Assembly (NCBI GenBank): GCA_033762295.1
Contig: JANRLW010000100.1
Coordinates: forward strand, 1-29,733
Length of the DNA: 29,733 nt
Source: Capsulimonadales bacterium
Lineage (GTDB): Bacteria; Armatimonadota; Armatimonadia; Armatimonadales; Armatimonadaceae
Reading direction: 5' to 3'
Below, in pieces: positions 16,852-26,101 of this stretch. The position numbers were made by a program, and so were the translations under genes. The first letter of the stretch is position 1. Each line of letters starts with the position of its first letter. The notes below the pieces were generated by a model. It did not search any database and had not been told where the DNA came from. It saw only the letters and a program-made list of their open reading frames with translations.

Positions 16852-17994
16852 ATGTCACAAGGAAGTATCGAAAAGGCGGGACCGCTGCCCGAACATCGAT
16901 CCGTCTCCTCACTCGAACGAGAGATCGTCAATATCCTCGCGCATACCACTTCCGTCACCGCCCTGAACGCCGCGCACGCGCGCGGCCGCAATCAGCCTCA
17001 TCTGGCCAACCGGCTCGCCGTCACCGCCATGCGCGAAACTTTGGATCAGGAACTGCCGCTATGCGGCGAAGTCGTTATCGGGGAAGGGCTGGGCGATCGG
17101 AATCCGCACCTGTTCATCGGAGAACGTCTCGGGCCGGGCGCACCGGCACCGCACCTGTCGCTGGCGGTCGACCCCCTCGAAGGTATCCGTCTGTGCGCCC
17201 GGGGCGAACCCGGCGCGGTCACCGTGATCGCCGCCGCACTGTCCGGAGAGGGGCAACTGATGGGCGGACTGGAAGGATACCTGGACAAGATCGTGATCGG
17301 ACGGGACCTGGCGGAGAAAGTGTCCGCGATGCGCCGCAAGTACCGGATCCTGCGTCAGCGAACCGGGCCGGGCGACGGACCCGACCTGACGGACGGCAAA
17401 GGTTTGCTCGACAATCCGGTGGAGGATGTCGTCCGCTGGATCGCCCGTGAGCGGGGCAAATCGGTCACGGAGGTCGTCGCGATGGCCCTGGAAAGGCAAC
17501 GCAACAGCGCGATGGTCGAGCGTTTGCGCGCGTTGAATACCCAGGTCCTGCTGATTCGGGACGGCGATATCACCGCCGGTCTTCTGGCGCTCGACCCGGA
17601 CCGAGAGGTCGATATCGCGCTGGGCATCGGGTCCGCGCCGGAGGGTGTGATCACCGCCGCCATCTGCCGGGTTTTTCAGGGATACATGGAGGCGCGGTCC
17701 TGGTTCGGACCGACCGAACAGGTCGGCCCGTCGACCGCCCCCCTTCTGACAGCCGAGGATCTGGCGTCCGGTCATGTCATGTTCGCGCTGACCGGTATTA
17801 CCTACAATCAGTACACTCCGGGTGTGAAGTACCAGTCCGGGGGGACGGCCGTCACCCATACGATCTACGGGCGCAGCCGTTCGGGGACCGTTTACGAACG
17901 GAAAGCGATCCATCAAAGCCCGCCGCCGCCGCCCGATTTCTCCGACTGGAACCATGCCTCCGTTTCGGGCAACGGACCGGGCCCGTCCGGATAA
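16852..17994 (+). CDS. GlpX (class II fructose-1,6-bisphosphatase)-like protein, divergent active site
   Basis: AVTAMR, VVIGEG, LFIGE, AVDPLEG, YLDK, LIRDGDI, GIGSAPEGV and FALTGIT..GVKY are all GlpX-family blocks, several with substitutions. Confidence 0.8.
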   Translation: MSQGSIEKAGPLPEHRSVSSLEREIVNILAHTTSVTALNAAHARGRNQPHLANRLAVTAMRETLDQELPLCGEVVIGEGLGDRNPHLFIGERLGPGAPAPHLSLAVDPLEGIRLCARGEPGAVTVIAAALSGEGQLMGGLEGYLDKIVIGRDLAEKVSAMRRKYRILRQRTGPGDGPDLTDGKGLLDNPVEDVVRWIARERGKSVTEVVAMALERQRNSAMVERLRALNTQVLLIRDGDITAGLLALDPDREVDIALGIGSAPEGVITAAICRVFQGYMEARSWFGPTEQVGPSTAPLLTAEDLASGHVMFALTGITYNQYTPGVKYQSGGTAVTHTIYGRSRSGTVYERKAIHQSPPPPPDFSDWNHASVSGNGPGPSG

Positions 17995-18014
17995 AGAGCT
18001 GGAGAGTCGAGGGG

Positions 18015-19097
18015 TCAGGGAACGCCGGGCAGCAGCGGTTCGGTCACCTCGCGCAAGGTTTTCCCGGTCCCGACATCGATCAGACGCAGGGTCAACGCCC
18101 AGGCGGTGTCCCGCTGATCGACCGCGCCGAAGATCAGGCAGTCCGCGTTCGCTCCCCGCGCGATCGCGGTGATGACCTCCGTTTTTCGGCGCAGGGGACT
18201 TTCGGCGGGCAGCGCCACCGTGACCGCCTTTTGCTCCTCCTCGCTCAGCGGGGCATATTGGGTTCCGTCCTTGTGACGGATGGCGCAGACCTGCCGGAGA
18301 ATCGCCGCACGCAGTTCGGTCTCGGTCGACGCCGGCATGAAACCGCTTCGCGCCGCTACCGGATCGACGCGGAGCGGGGTAATGGCGACCCGATAGGTCA
18401 CCGGACTCCCGTCGGATTTCGCGCGAAGTCCGCCGGTCAGCCGGATGGCGGCACGCAAGGCGACGCTGTCCCAGTCGTAACCGCTTCGGCTTTTGGGCCG
18501 GATCAGTCGAGCATTGGCCCAGACACAGCCCAGCGCACGGTGTACGAAACGCGCCTCCTGCGAGAACTCCGTGACATAGCGGGTCACCAGACGCAGACTG
18601 CGGACGCCGCGAACCGGCACATCGATGTCCTGTGTCGTCTTCCGTTTTCGGTAGGCGGCATTGTCCACGATGACCGGCGAGATCGAGGAGGAGATCGGAT
18701 CGCTCGCGAACAGCTTCACCCCGTCTCCGTAAACCTCAAACGCGCAGTAGGCCGGCCCCATCAGATGCTCGCGATCGTCGCGCCCCAGCGTCGCCTGAAA
18801 CCGCTCGTAACTGCCATCCAGAGGTATGGTGATCGAGGCGAAACGCTGACCGGGAGCCGTATGATTCTGGACGCCCGTCATCAGGCAATGATCGTAGACG
18901 ATCCCGTACATGGTCGCCTGAACGCTGCGATAGGGTTCGTACCCGAACTGCCGGGTTCGATCCTGGGGAATCAGTCGTTCCACATAGACCACTTCCATCG
19001 GGCCGTCGACCGCTCCGTCCTCCCGGGCCTGACCGGATGCCCCGAGGACGAACAGCAACAGGGCGATCAACCAGCTTCGCTTACACCGTCGCATCAC
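18015..19097 (-). CDS. Secreted protein: NPCBM/NEW2 domain plus CsgG/LpoB/TolB-N-like C-terminal domain
   Basis: Signal peptide. LDGSYERFQATLGRDD..FEVYGDG..IDVPVRGVRSLRLV..VWANARL is NPCBM-like, and IARGANADCLIFGAV..LTLRLIDVGTGK is CsgG-like. Confidence 0.8.
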   Translation of the reverse strand: MMRRCKRSWLIALLLFVLGASGQAREDGAVDGPMEVVYVERLIPQDRTRQFGYEPYRSVQATMYGIVYDHCLMTGVQNHTAPGQRFASITIPLDGSYERFQATLGRDDREHLMGPAYCAFEVYGDGVKLFASDPISSSISPVIVDNAAYRKRKTTQDIDVPVRGVRSLRLVTRYVTEFSQEARFVHRALGCVWANARLIRPKSRSGYDWDSVALRAAIRLTGGLRAKSDGSPVTYRVAITPLRVDPVAARSGFMPASTETELRAAILRQVCAIRHKDGTQYAPLSEEEQKAVTVALPAESPLRRKTEVITAIARGANADCLIFGAVDQRDTAWALTLRLIDVGTGKTLREVTEPLLPGVP

Positions 19098-19310
19098 GGT
19101 TCCTCCTGGCGGCGAACGCCGCCGGGATCATTATAGAGGCATCGGCTTGACGAATGGCCGCCCGGGGCCGTTTCGCGCGTGACTGTTTCGTGACGGATGA
19201 ACCGACAGATCCGTCCGGGTAAAATTTGAGCGCACCGGTAACGGACTTTTTACGAAATCATTGGTGTACGGTGCGAAACGGTCATCAGACTCCTGCTCAG
19301 AAAGGACAAT

Positions 19311-19709
19311 ATGAAAACGGAAAACCTGCGGATCAACCAGCTGTCGCCCGACGGCTATGCCTGGTACATCTCGTATTTGACGGCGCTCGATGCCAAGGAC
19401 ATCACCGCTTACGGGGCGTTTCTGGCGGACGATTGCGTCATGTGGCAGAACAACCAGCCTCCGGTGCAGGGGAAAACCGCGATTCTCGAGGGGCTGGCCG
19501 GGTACTGGGCCACGTTCGGCACACTCGAACATGACCTGACCAACCTCTACGGAACGGACGACCATTTCGTTCTTGAGGCGCTGAACCATTACTCCCGGTC
19601 GGACGGGCAACCGGTGACTTTGCGGGCCGTCGCCTTTACCGATCGCAACGAACAGGGACTCGTCTCGTCATTTCGCTTTTACACGGACGTGACCCCGCTT
19701 TTCGGTTGA
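19311..19709 (+). CDS. SnoaL-like / NTF2 family protein
   Basis: YLTALDAKDI..FLADD..PPVQGKTAI pattern, 132 aa, RBS AAAGGA. Confidence 0.85.
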   Translation: MKTENLRINQLSPDGYAWYISYLTALDAKDITAYGAFLADDCVMWQNNQPPVQGKTAILEGLAGYWATFGTLEHDLTNLYGTDDHFVLEALNHYSRSDGQPVTLRAVAFTDRNEQGLVSSFRFYTDVTPLFG

Positions 19710-19804
19710 ACGTCCCTTTCCACCGAAGACAGGGGGCTCGACCTGCCTGATACAATAGCCGGAGGCGAAACTTCGCCCATCATCCCAGTATTCCGGATAA
19801 CCTT

Positions 19805-21490
19805 ATGGCACTCAACTCCCGTTCCCGTGCGATCACCGAAGGGGTACAGCGCGCCCCGAATCGCTCCATGCTGCGCGCCGTCGGTTTCGGCGACGAGGAT
19901 TTCGTCAAACCGATCCTCGGTATCGCCTCCGCCCACAGCACCATCACTCCCTGCAACAAAGGGATCGCGCCGCTCGCCGAACGCGCCGAAGCCGCCGCGC
20001 GGAGCGCCGGGGCCATGCCGCAACTCTTCGGTACGATCACCGTCTCCGATGGCATCTCCATGGGCACCGAAGGCATGAAATACAGCCTGGTGTCCCGTGA
20101 GGTCATCGCCGACAGCATCGAAACCGCCTGTATGGCGCAGAGTATGGACGGCGTCCTGGCGATCGGCGGCTGCGACAAGAATATGCCCGGCGCGATGATC
20201 GGAATCGCCCGTATGAACATTCCCGCCGTCTTCGTCTATGGCGGAACGATCAAGCCGGGCAAGTATCGCGGCAAGGACCTGACCGTCGTCAGTGTCTTCG
20301 AGGCGGTCGGCGCCCATGCGGCCGGGAAGATGGACGAGGAAACGCTGCACGGTATCGAATGCCACGCCATTCCCGGCGCGGGTTCCTGCGGGGGGATGTA
20401 CACCGCCAACACGATGTCGTCGGCGTTCGAAGTCATGGGCATGTCCCTTCCCTACTCCTCCACCATGGCCGCCGAGGATGCCGAGAAGGCCGACAGCGCC
20501 GCCGAATCCGCCCGGGTCCTTGTGGACTGCATCCGGCATCAGCGACTGCCCCGACAGATCCTCACCCGTAAAGCGTTCGAGAACACCATCGCCCTCAATA
20601 TGGCGGTCGGCGGTTCCACCAACGCCGTGCTTCATCTGCTCGCCATCGCGCATGCCGCCGAAGTTCCGCTGACCATCGATGATTTCGAGGCGATCCGACA
20701 GCGCGTTCCGGTCCTCTGCGACCTCAAACCCTCCGGCCGGTACGTCGCCTATGATCTGCATCAGGTCGGCGGCATACCGCAGGTGATGAAGATGCTGCTC
20801 GTCAACGGTCTGCTTCATGGCGACTGCCTGACGATCACCGGGCAGACCCTTGCCGACGTTCTGGCCGACGTCCCCGAGCATCCCCCGGAGGGTCAGGATG
20901 TGATCCGTCCGTTCCGGCAGCCGTTGTATGCGCACGGGCACCTGGCGATCCTGAAGGGAAATCTGGCCCCGGAAGGCGGCGTCGCCAAGATCACCGGTGT
21001 CAAGGAACCGCGCATCACCGGTCCTGCGCGCGTCTTCGAATCGGAGGAGGAGTGCCTGAGCGCCGTTCTGGCCGGGCAGGTCCGGGCCGGAGATGTCGTC
21101 GTCGTGCGTTACGAGGGACCGAAGGGCGGACCGGGAATGCGCGAGATGCTGGCGCCGACCTCCGCAATCATCGGCGCGGGGCTCGGGGACTCGGTCGGCC
21201 TGATCACCGACGGACGTTTTTCCGGCGGCACATACGGCCTGGTCGTCGGCCATGTCGCTCCGGAGGCCGCGGTCGGGGGACCGATCGCGTTCGTCGAGGA
21301 AGGAGACAGCATCACGATCGACGCGGAGGCCCGTCTTCTTCAGTTGAATATTACCGAGGAGGAGATGGCAAAACGTCGGGAAGGGTTCTCACCGCGCGCC
21401 CCGCGTTACGTGCGCGGCACCCTTGCCAAATACGCCGCGCTGGTTTCGTCGGCCAGTGTCGGCGCGGTCACCGATCTCCATCTGACCTGA
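19805..21490 (+). CDS. ilvD: Dihydroxy-acid dehydratase
   Basis: [63 protein letters not shown]. Confidence 0.97.
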   Translation: MALNSRSRAITEGVQRAPNRSMLRAVGFGDEDFVKPILGIASAHSTITPCNKGIAPLAERAEAAARSAGAMPQLFGTITVSDGISMGTEGMKYSLVSREVIADSIETACMAQSMDGVLAIGGCDKNMPGAMIGIARMNIPAVFVYGGTIKPGKYRGKDLTVVSVFEAVGAHAAGKMDEETLHGIECHAIPGAGSCGGMYTANTMSSAFEVMGMSLPYSSTMAAEDAEKADSAAESARVLVDCIRHQRLPRQILTRKAFENTIALNMAVGGSTNAVLHLLAIAHAAEVPLTIDDFEAIRQRVPVLCDLKPSGRYVAYDLHQVGGIPQVMKMLLVNGLLHGDCLTITGQTLADVLADVPEHPPEGQDVIRPFRQPLYAHGHLAILKGNLAPEGGVAKITGVKEPRITGPARVFESEEECLSAVLAGQVRAGDVVVVRYEGPKGGPGMREMLAPTSAIIGAGLGDSVGLITDGRFSGGTYGLVVGHVAPEAAVGGPIAFVEEGDSITIDAEARLLQLNITEEEMAKRREGFSPRAPRYVRGTLAKYAALVSSASVGAVTDLHLT

Positions 21491-21507
21491 GGGCATAGAT
21501 AGACGAG

Positions 21508-21542
21508 CGGTCGCCGGGCAAACCCGCATTGCCCGGCGGCCG
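21508..21542. terminator. Stem-loop between convergent genes (possible bidirectional terminator)
   Basis: CGGTCGCCGGGCAA-N7-TTGCCCGGCGGCCG, a 14-bp stem with one G-T pair, 18 nt after the ilvD stop. Confidence 0.55.
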
Positions 21543-21610
21543 TTGACCGATGCGAAGATACGAAACACGACCACACCACCCGAAATCGTTCGAAGAAACC
21601 GTTGACTCTC

Positions 21611-21901
21611 CTACTCCGCAATCATGGTTTCGCCCATGGTACGGGCGACCGCCAGACATCGCGCCAGATCCTCGCCCGTCACGCCGGCATGCGGTCGTTG
21701 CGCAAAACGAACATCCGCTCCCTTTTTTACGGCGACCGAGTACTTCAGGGTTTTCTCGTTCAACGCCTCGATCTTGATTTCGCAACAGGCGATCCCCTGA
21801 TCGAAAGCGCTGGTCAGGAACTCTCGTTCGCCTTCGGCGACAACGTTCCAACCGGAATTTTGTCCCTTGATTCCTTCAAAAAGCGTGGTCAAACGTCCCA
21901 T
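21611..21901 (-). CDS. Hypothetical protein (~96 aa)
   Basis: Protein-like composition (MGRLTTLFEGIKGQNSGW...), purine-rich leader before ATG 21901, and it fills an intergenic gap. Confidence 0.55.
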   Translation of the reverse strand: MGRLTTLFEGIKGQNSGWNVVAEGEREFLTSAFDQGIACCEIKIEALNEKTLKYSVAVKKGADVRFAQRPHAGVTGEDLARCLAVARTMGETMIAE

Positions 21902-22038
21902 TTCTCTTTCCCTTTCCGTCCGCAAATGAAATACATTTTAGTTTTCGTCGGAAACCGGTCAGGCGTTCTCCGTCGAACGGCGGATTCGGGAGGAAAAGTC
22001 CGGAAACCTGTTAAGGCAACTCAGGCCGGGTTTCTCGA

Positions 22039-23250
22039 TCAGGCACGATTTTCGGCCCAGGTCTCCTTCGTCGCCCGGCGTCGCTCCGATTCGCGCGCCG
22101 CCGGCGGCAGTACTCCCATGGCCCGGTAGACCTCCAGCGTCCGCCGGATCACATCCCGCTCATCGAACTCGGCGACCGCCTTTTGCCGGCTGGCTTTCCC
22201 CATCCGCTCCCGCAGTTCGGGATCGCCCAGCAGCCGTTCGATCGCATTCGCCAGCGCCTCCGAATCACGGACCGGCACCTTCAGCCCGTTCATTTCGTGA
22301 TCCACGATCTCGCGGCAGCCGGGCGCATCGGTCGTGACGATCGGCTTTCCCATGGCCGCCGCCTCGGTCAGCGTGCGAGGCACCCCTTCGCGGTAGCTGG
22401 GCAGCACCGCCAGCGTCGACCGACGGAGGTAGTCTTCCATCCCCTCCACATGCCCGAGCAGTTCCACGATCCCTTCCTTCTGCCACTCCTCAAGCGCGGT
22501 TTGCGGGATTGCCGTCGGGTTTCCATGGTCGATCTCGCCGGCCAGCAGAAAGCGAGCCGCCACCCCGCGCTTTCGCAATCGTCGGGCGGCGTCCACCAGT
22601 TCGTAAATCCCTTTGGCATGGGTCAGACGCGCGGCGGTAAAAATGACCGGCGTTTCGCCGAGACGCGCCGGGTCCGCGTTCGGATCGGGTCGGAAACGCT
22701 CGATATCCACTCCGGAACTGCGAATCAGGTGGCAACGTTCGGGAACGATCAGACGGGCGTCCGCGAACTCCCGCAAATCGTCCGGATTCTGAAAGATGAC
22801 CTGGGTGTTACGACGGGTGAGGAGCGTCCGATACAGGCGATCGACCACGGCTCGCAACGCCCTGGTTTTCCAGCTTCGCCCCGTGTACACCTGCCCCAGT
22901 CCGGGCAGTGCGTTGATGATCGACGGCACCCCGCACAGGTTGCCCGTCATACTGCCGTACAGAACGCACTTGATCGTAAAATTGTGCAGGGCGACGGGCC
23001 GCTCTCGGCGGATAATCCCGGCAAGCGTCCCGACGACCCCCGCCTCACGAACCGGATTGATGCTTCGTCGCTCCAGAGGCAGTTCCACCCAGCGAAAGCC
23101 ATCCGTTTCCAAACGGGAGACGTACTCATCCCGGGGGGCGACCATGACCACTTCCATCCCCGCCGAACGGACGGCCCGTGCGAGCGGGAGCCGAAAATTG
23201 TACAGATACCAACCGGTATTACTGACAAACAGTATCTTGTTTTCTCCCAT
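22039..23250 (-). CDS. Glycosyltransferase family 4 (GT-B, CapM-like)
   Basis: YNFRLPL, HNFTIK, IFQNPDD, SSGVD, ARL..KG..E, LPSYREGVPRTLTEAAAMGKPIVTTDAPGCRE (EX7E motif). Confidence 0.93.
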   Translation of the reverse strand: MGENKILFVSNTGWYLYNFRLPLARAVRSAGMEVVMVAPRDEYVSRLETDGFRWVELPLERRSINPVREAGVVGTLAGIIRRERPVALHNFTIKCVLYGSMTGNLCGVPSIINALPGLGQVYTGRSWKTRALRAVVDRLYRTLLTRRNTQVIFQNPDDLREFADARLIVPERCHLIRSSGVDIERFRPDPNADPARLGETPVIFTAARLTHAKGIYELVDAARRLRKRGVAARFLLAGEIDHGNPTAIPQTALEEWQKEGIVELLGHVEGMEDYLRRSTLAVLPSYREGVPRTLTEAAAMGKPIVTTDAPGCREIVDHEMNGLKVPVRDSEALANAIERLLGDPELRERMGKASRQKAVAEFDERDVIRRTLEVYRAMGVLPPAARESERRRATKETWAENRA

Positions 23251-23636
23251 ACCGGACCCTCATTATTGTCTTTCCGGTAGTGTACCCATATCAAAGGAAA
23301 CCGGGATTCCGATCCGACCGGGGTTAATTGAGGATTTGACAGCCCTTCGTGTGATCTTTTCCACATCCGGCAAAGGCCGATGTACCGCAGGAGAATGCAG
23401 GACCGGCGGAAATACCGTGAAAAATTGTGCGAACTTTTCCGCAGGGGGCCTGTTGAAAGGGGTGTGCGGGGAAGGGGGAGTGACGTAGAGGCGTTCCCTC
23501 GTACTCTCGTACTCGGTCATCGCGCCGACAGTTCAGTCTAACTTTAGAACAAGGATTCGCCTTTGCCGGCCAGCGGCCGGAACACCGTCGACGATCCGAC
23601 TTCGTTCGGAAACAGTAATAGTCCGCACGGCAGCGC

Positions 23637-23744
23637 ACCGTCTGCCCCGTCCGACAGGGCGTCCGCCAACGATTCGGCGGACGTCCTGTTACCGTCTGCC
23701 CCGTCCGACAGGGCGTCCGCCAACGATTCGGCGGACGTCCTGTT
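23637..23744. repeat. Exact 54-bp tandem duplication containing a terminator-like hairpin
   Basis: ACCGTCTGCCCCGTCCGACAGGGCGTCCGCCAACGATTCGGCGGACGTCCTGTT occurs at 23637-23690 and 23691-23744. Each copy has a 14-bp stem ACAGGGCGTCCGCC/GGCGGACGTCCTGT. Confidence 0.9.
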
Positions 23745-23777
23745 TTCGTGGGTGCCTCCGGCGTCCGCCGCTTCGTG

Positions 23778-24773
23778 CTAGGGCGTACCCGCGTCCGGAT
23801 CGGGAACATCCGGCGCATCGAGGGCCAGCATATCCGCTTCCTCGTTGATTCCTGACAGCTTCCGCAACCGCCGTAACACCTCGGTATCGTAATCATCGAG
23901 ATGCCCGGCCATCCGATAGTGGTAGATCGCCTGTGCGTCATCCCGCAGTTCGCTGTGAACATCGGCGAGCAGACAGTGATACGCGCCGTTCTCCGGCGCC
24001 AGACGCACCGCCTGCGACAATGCCATCACCGCGTCGTTCCGTAGCTGCGCCCGACGATAAAGCGCGCCAAGTCGGATGTTGTAGTAGGCGTCATACGGGC
24101 TGAACAGAGTCGCCTGCTGCATCTCGCGGATCGCTTCCTCGATCCGTTCGGCCCGCATATACAGATCCCCGAGCCAGAAGTGATAGAAGCCGTCCTGCGG
24201 TTTCAGGTGGGTCGTCTCTTCCAGTTCCGAGACCGCGCCCTCCAGGTCCCCGGCGAGCGCCAGCGCATCGCCGAGTTTGTAACGGTAGTAGGCGTTCTCC
24301 GGGGCGAACTGGATCGCCTTCCGATACTCGGCGATCGCCGATTGCAGTTTGCCGTACCGCTGGAACAGCTCTCCGAGCGAGAAGTGCGGTTCCGCTTTGC
24401 GGGGCGAAAGTTTGATGGCGCGGCGGTACTGGCGGAACGCGTTCAACGCCTGCCCGGAGTAGGCGTACGCATCTCCCAGAGTCACGCGCGACTCGGCGTT
24501 GCTCTCGGCGTCGGCGGCGGAGCGTACCGCCTCGCGGTAGTGTTCGAGCGCCTCCCCGATCTGTCCGTGCTTCATCTGTTCTTCGGCGCGGACCAGCCTT
24601 TCACGGACGCTCTCCACCGTCTCCTCGTCCTCGATCGCCAGGTGAGCGTACGGATCGTAACTTCGCTCCCCGGCCTCCTCGATCTCCTCGGCATCCTCCG
24701 CCATTGTCGCGTCGGCATCCTCCGCCGCGTGATCGGGTTCGTCATCCTGTTCAAATCGATCGGATTGGGACAT
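23778..24773 (-). CDS. Tetratricopeptide repeat protein with acidic N-terminus
   Basis: About 7 successive 34-aa units (e.g. PHFSLGELFQRYGKLQSAIAEYRKAIQFAPENA). The ATG overlaps the dtd stop (TGATG). Confidence 0.9.
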   Translation of the reverse strand: MSQSDRFEQDDEPDHAAEDADATMAEDAEEIEEAGERSYDPYAHLAIEDEETVESVRERLVRAEEQMKHGQIGEALEHYREAVRSAADAESNAESRVTLGDAYAYSGQALNAFRQYRRAIKLSPRKAEPHFSLGELFQRYGKLQSAIAEYRKAIQFAPENAYYRYKLGDALALAGDLEGAVSELEETTHLKPQDGFYHFWLGDLYMRAERIEEAIREMQQATLFSPYDAYYNIRLGALYRRAQLRNDAVMALSQAVRLAPENGAYHCLLADVHSELRDDAQAIYHYRMAGHLDDYDTEVLRRLRKLSGINEEADMLALDAPDVPDPDAGTP

Positions 24774-25225
24774 CAAAACGCCTTTCTGCTGTCCAGAAGT
24801 ACGGTAAAAGGGCCGTCATTGATCAACTGAACGGCCATCTCCGCACGAAAAATGCCGGTCTCGACCGGGACACCCCGCTGGCGCAGTCGCGCGACCACCG
24901 CCTCGAAGCGGGTTCGGGCCTCGTCCGGCGGGGCGGCCTCCGACCAGGAAGGCCGCCGCCCTTTTCGGCAATCGCCGAGAAGCGTAAACTGGGAAATCAC
25001 CAGAGCCGACCCGCCGACTTCGACCAGGGAGCGTTCCGGCCCACCGTCCTCGACCGGATCGAACAGGCGCAGGTCCGCGATTTTGTCCGCGACGTACCGG
25101 CCGTCCGCCTCCTCGTCTCCGACCGCCACCCCGACCAGCGCGACGATTCCGTGATCGATGACGCCGACGTCCGATCCGGCCACCGTCACCCGGGCGCTGT
25201 TAACGCGCTGCAAAACCGCCCGCAT
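24773..25225 (-). CDS. dtd: D-aminoacyl-tRNA deacylase
   Basis: MRAVLQRV, ISQFTL, KGRRPS, NDGPFT (Gly-cisPro motif). Confidence 0.96.
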   Translation of the reverse strand: MRAVLQRVNSARVTVAGSDVGVIDHGIVALVGVAVGDEEADGRYVADKIADLRLFDPVEDGGPERSLVEVGGSALVISQFTLLGDCRKGRRPSWSEAAPPDEARTRFEAVVARLRQRGVPVETGIFRAEMAVQLINDGPFTVLLDSRKAF

Positions 25226-25371
25226 ATCCGCACCGGCCCTTCCTGTTACACGGAGACATCGCGCGACGTTCCGACCGAAACGCTAAAGAACCATTTTACG
25301 ACCGGCGCCGGTACCCGTCAAGCCGGGGAAAGGCCGGGGAAAAGGGGGGGGGCGATGTCGAAATACCCGGT

Positions 25372-25869
25372 ATGGCAACCGGGAAAACCACCGGAACCGA
25401 CGGAGCGGACCGGGACGATCGGGAACGTCTGGACGACGCGATCGCACTGATCGCGGAGGTTCCGGGCTATGCGGCCGTCGCCGGGGAGTTGCGCACGCTC
25501 CGGACCGGCGGACGCCTGCGAATCGACCTCACTTTACGCGACCGCGCGGTCACGGACTTTCTCGGCCGGATCACGGTCGGTCCGGAAGCGATCCGGGACG
25601 ATCGCGTCGGACTTGCCGCCACTCTGGTGCATGAGCGGTTCCATCGGACACAGCCGGTCTTTGCGAAGACGCTTTCCTTCTGGGGCGGCGTCTTTACGCG
25701 GACCCCGGTCTGGCGGCGATTGGAGGAACCGGCTTACCGCGCGTCCCTGGATTTCCTGCGCGTTCTCGAGGATTGGGCGCGGGATTCCGGTCGAATCGTT
25801 CTGGCAGAGGCGGCACGCCGGGAACAGGCTGTGGTCGGGACCGCATTTCGAACTTTTTACGGCGAGTGA
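25372..25869 (+). CDS. Hypothetical protein with HExxH motif (zincin-like)
   Basis: GRITVG...LAATLVHERFH...EEPAY resembles a minimal metalloprotease (HExxH plus a downstream EExxA helix). Confidence 0.6.
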   Translation: MATGKTTGTDGADRDDRERLDDAIALIAEVPGYAAVAGELRTLRTGGRLRIDLTLRDRAVTDFLGRITVGPEAIRDDRVGLAATLVHERFHRTQPVFAKTLSFWGGVFTRTPVWRRLEEPAYRASLDFLRVLEDWARDSGRIVLAEAARREQAVVGTAFRTFYGE

Positions 25870-26101
25870 CCGGTCCAAGTTGCAAATTACTGGCGACAAA
25901 GGCACCAAATGTCCGAAAACAGGCGTAAATAATAAGGACCAGGCAACAAAATACTCCGTGCGGGCCTTCGGTCACTTCTTTTCGGTCGGGTAAGGTCCGG
26001 TATACTGTTTTCACCGGCACGGCGAGCAGTCATTCGCCTCAGGCGCCATTGCTTCGGCAGACCGAAAAAAAAGTTGCCGTACGGTATGAAAAAGGTGAAC
26101 A

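Noticed and set aside
19710..19804. Possible branched-chain amino acid attenuator upstream of ilvD
   Set aside because: No Ile/Leu/Val-rich leader peptide, T-box or terminator with U-tract is visible.
23637..23744. Repeat considered as a mini CRISPR array
   Set aside because: There are two directly abutting 54-bp copies with no spacer and no cas genes.
23324..23962. 212-aa minus-strand ORF and 72-aa plus-strand ORF crossing the tandem repeat
   Set aside because: They overlap the TPR gene or the hairpins and have non-protein-like composition. They stay open only because 54 is a multiple of 3.
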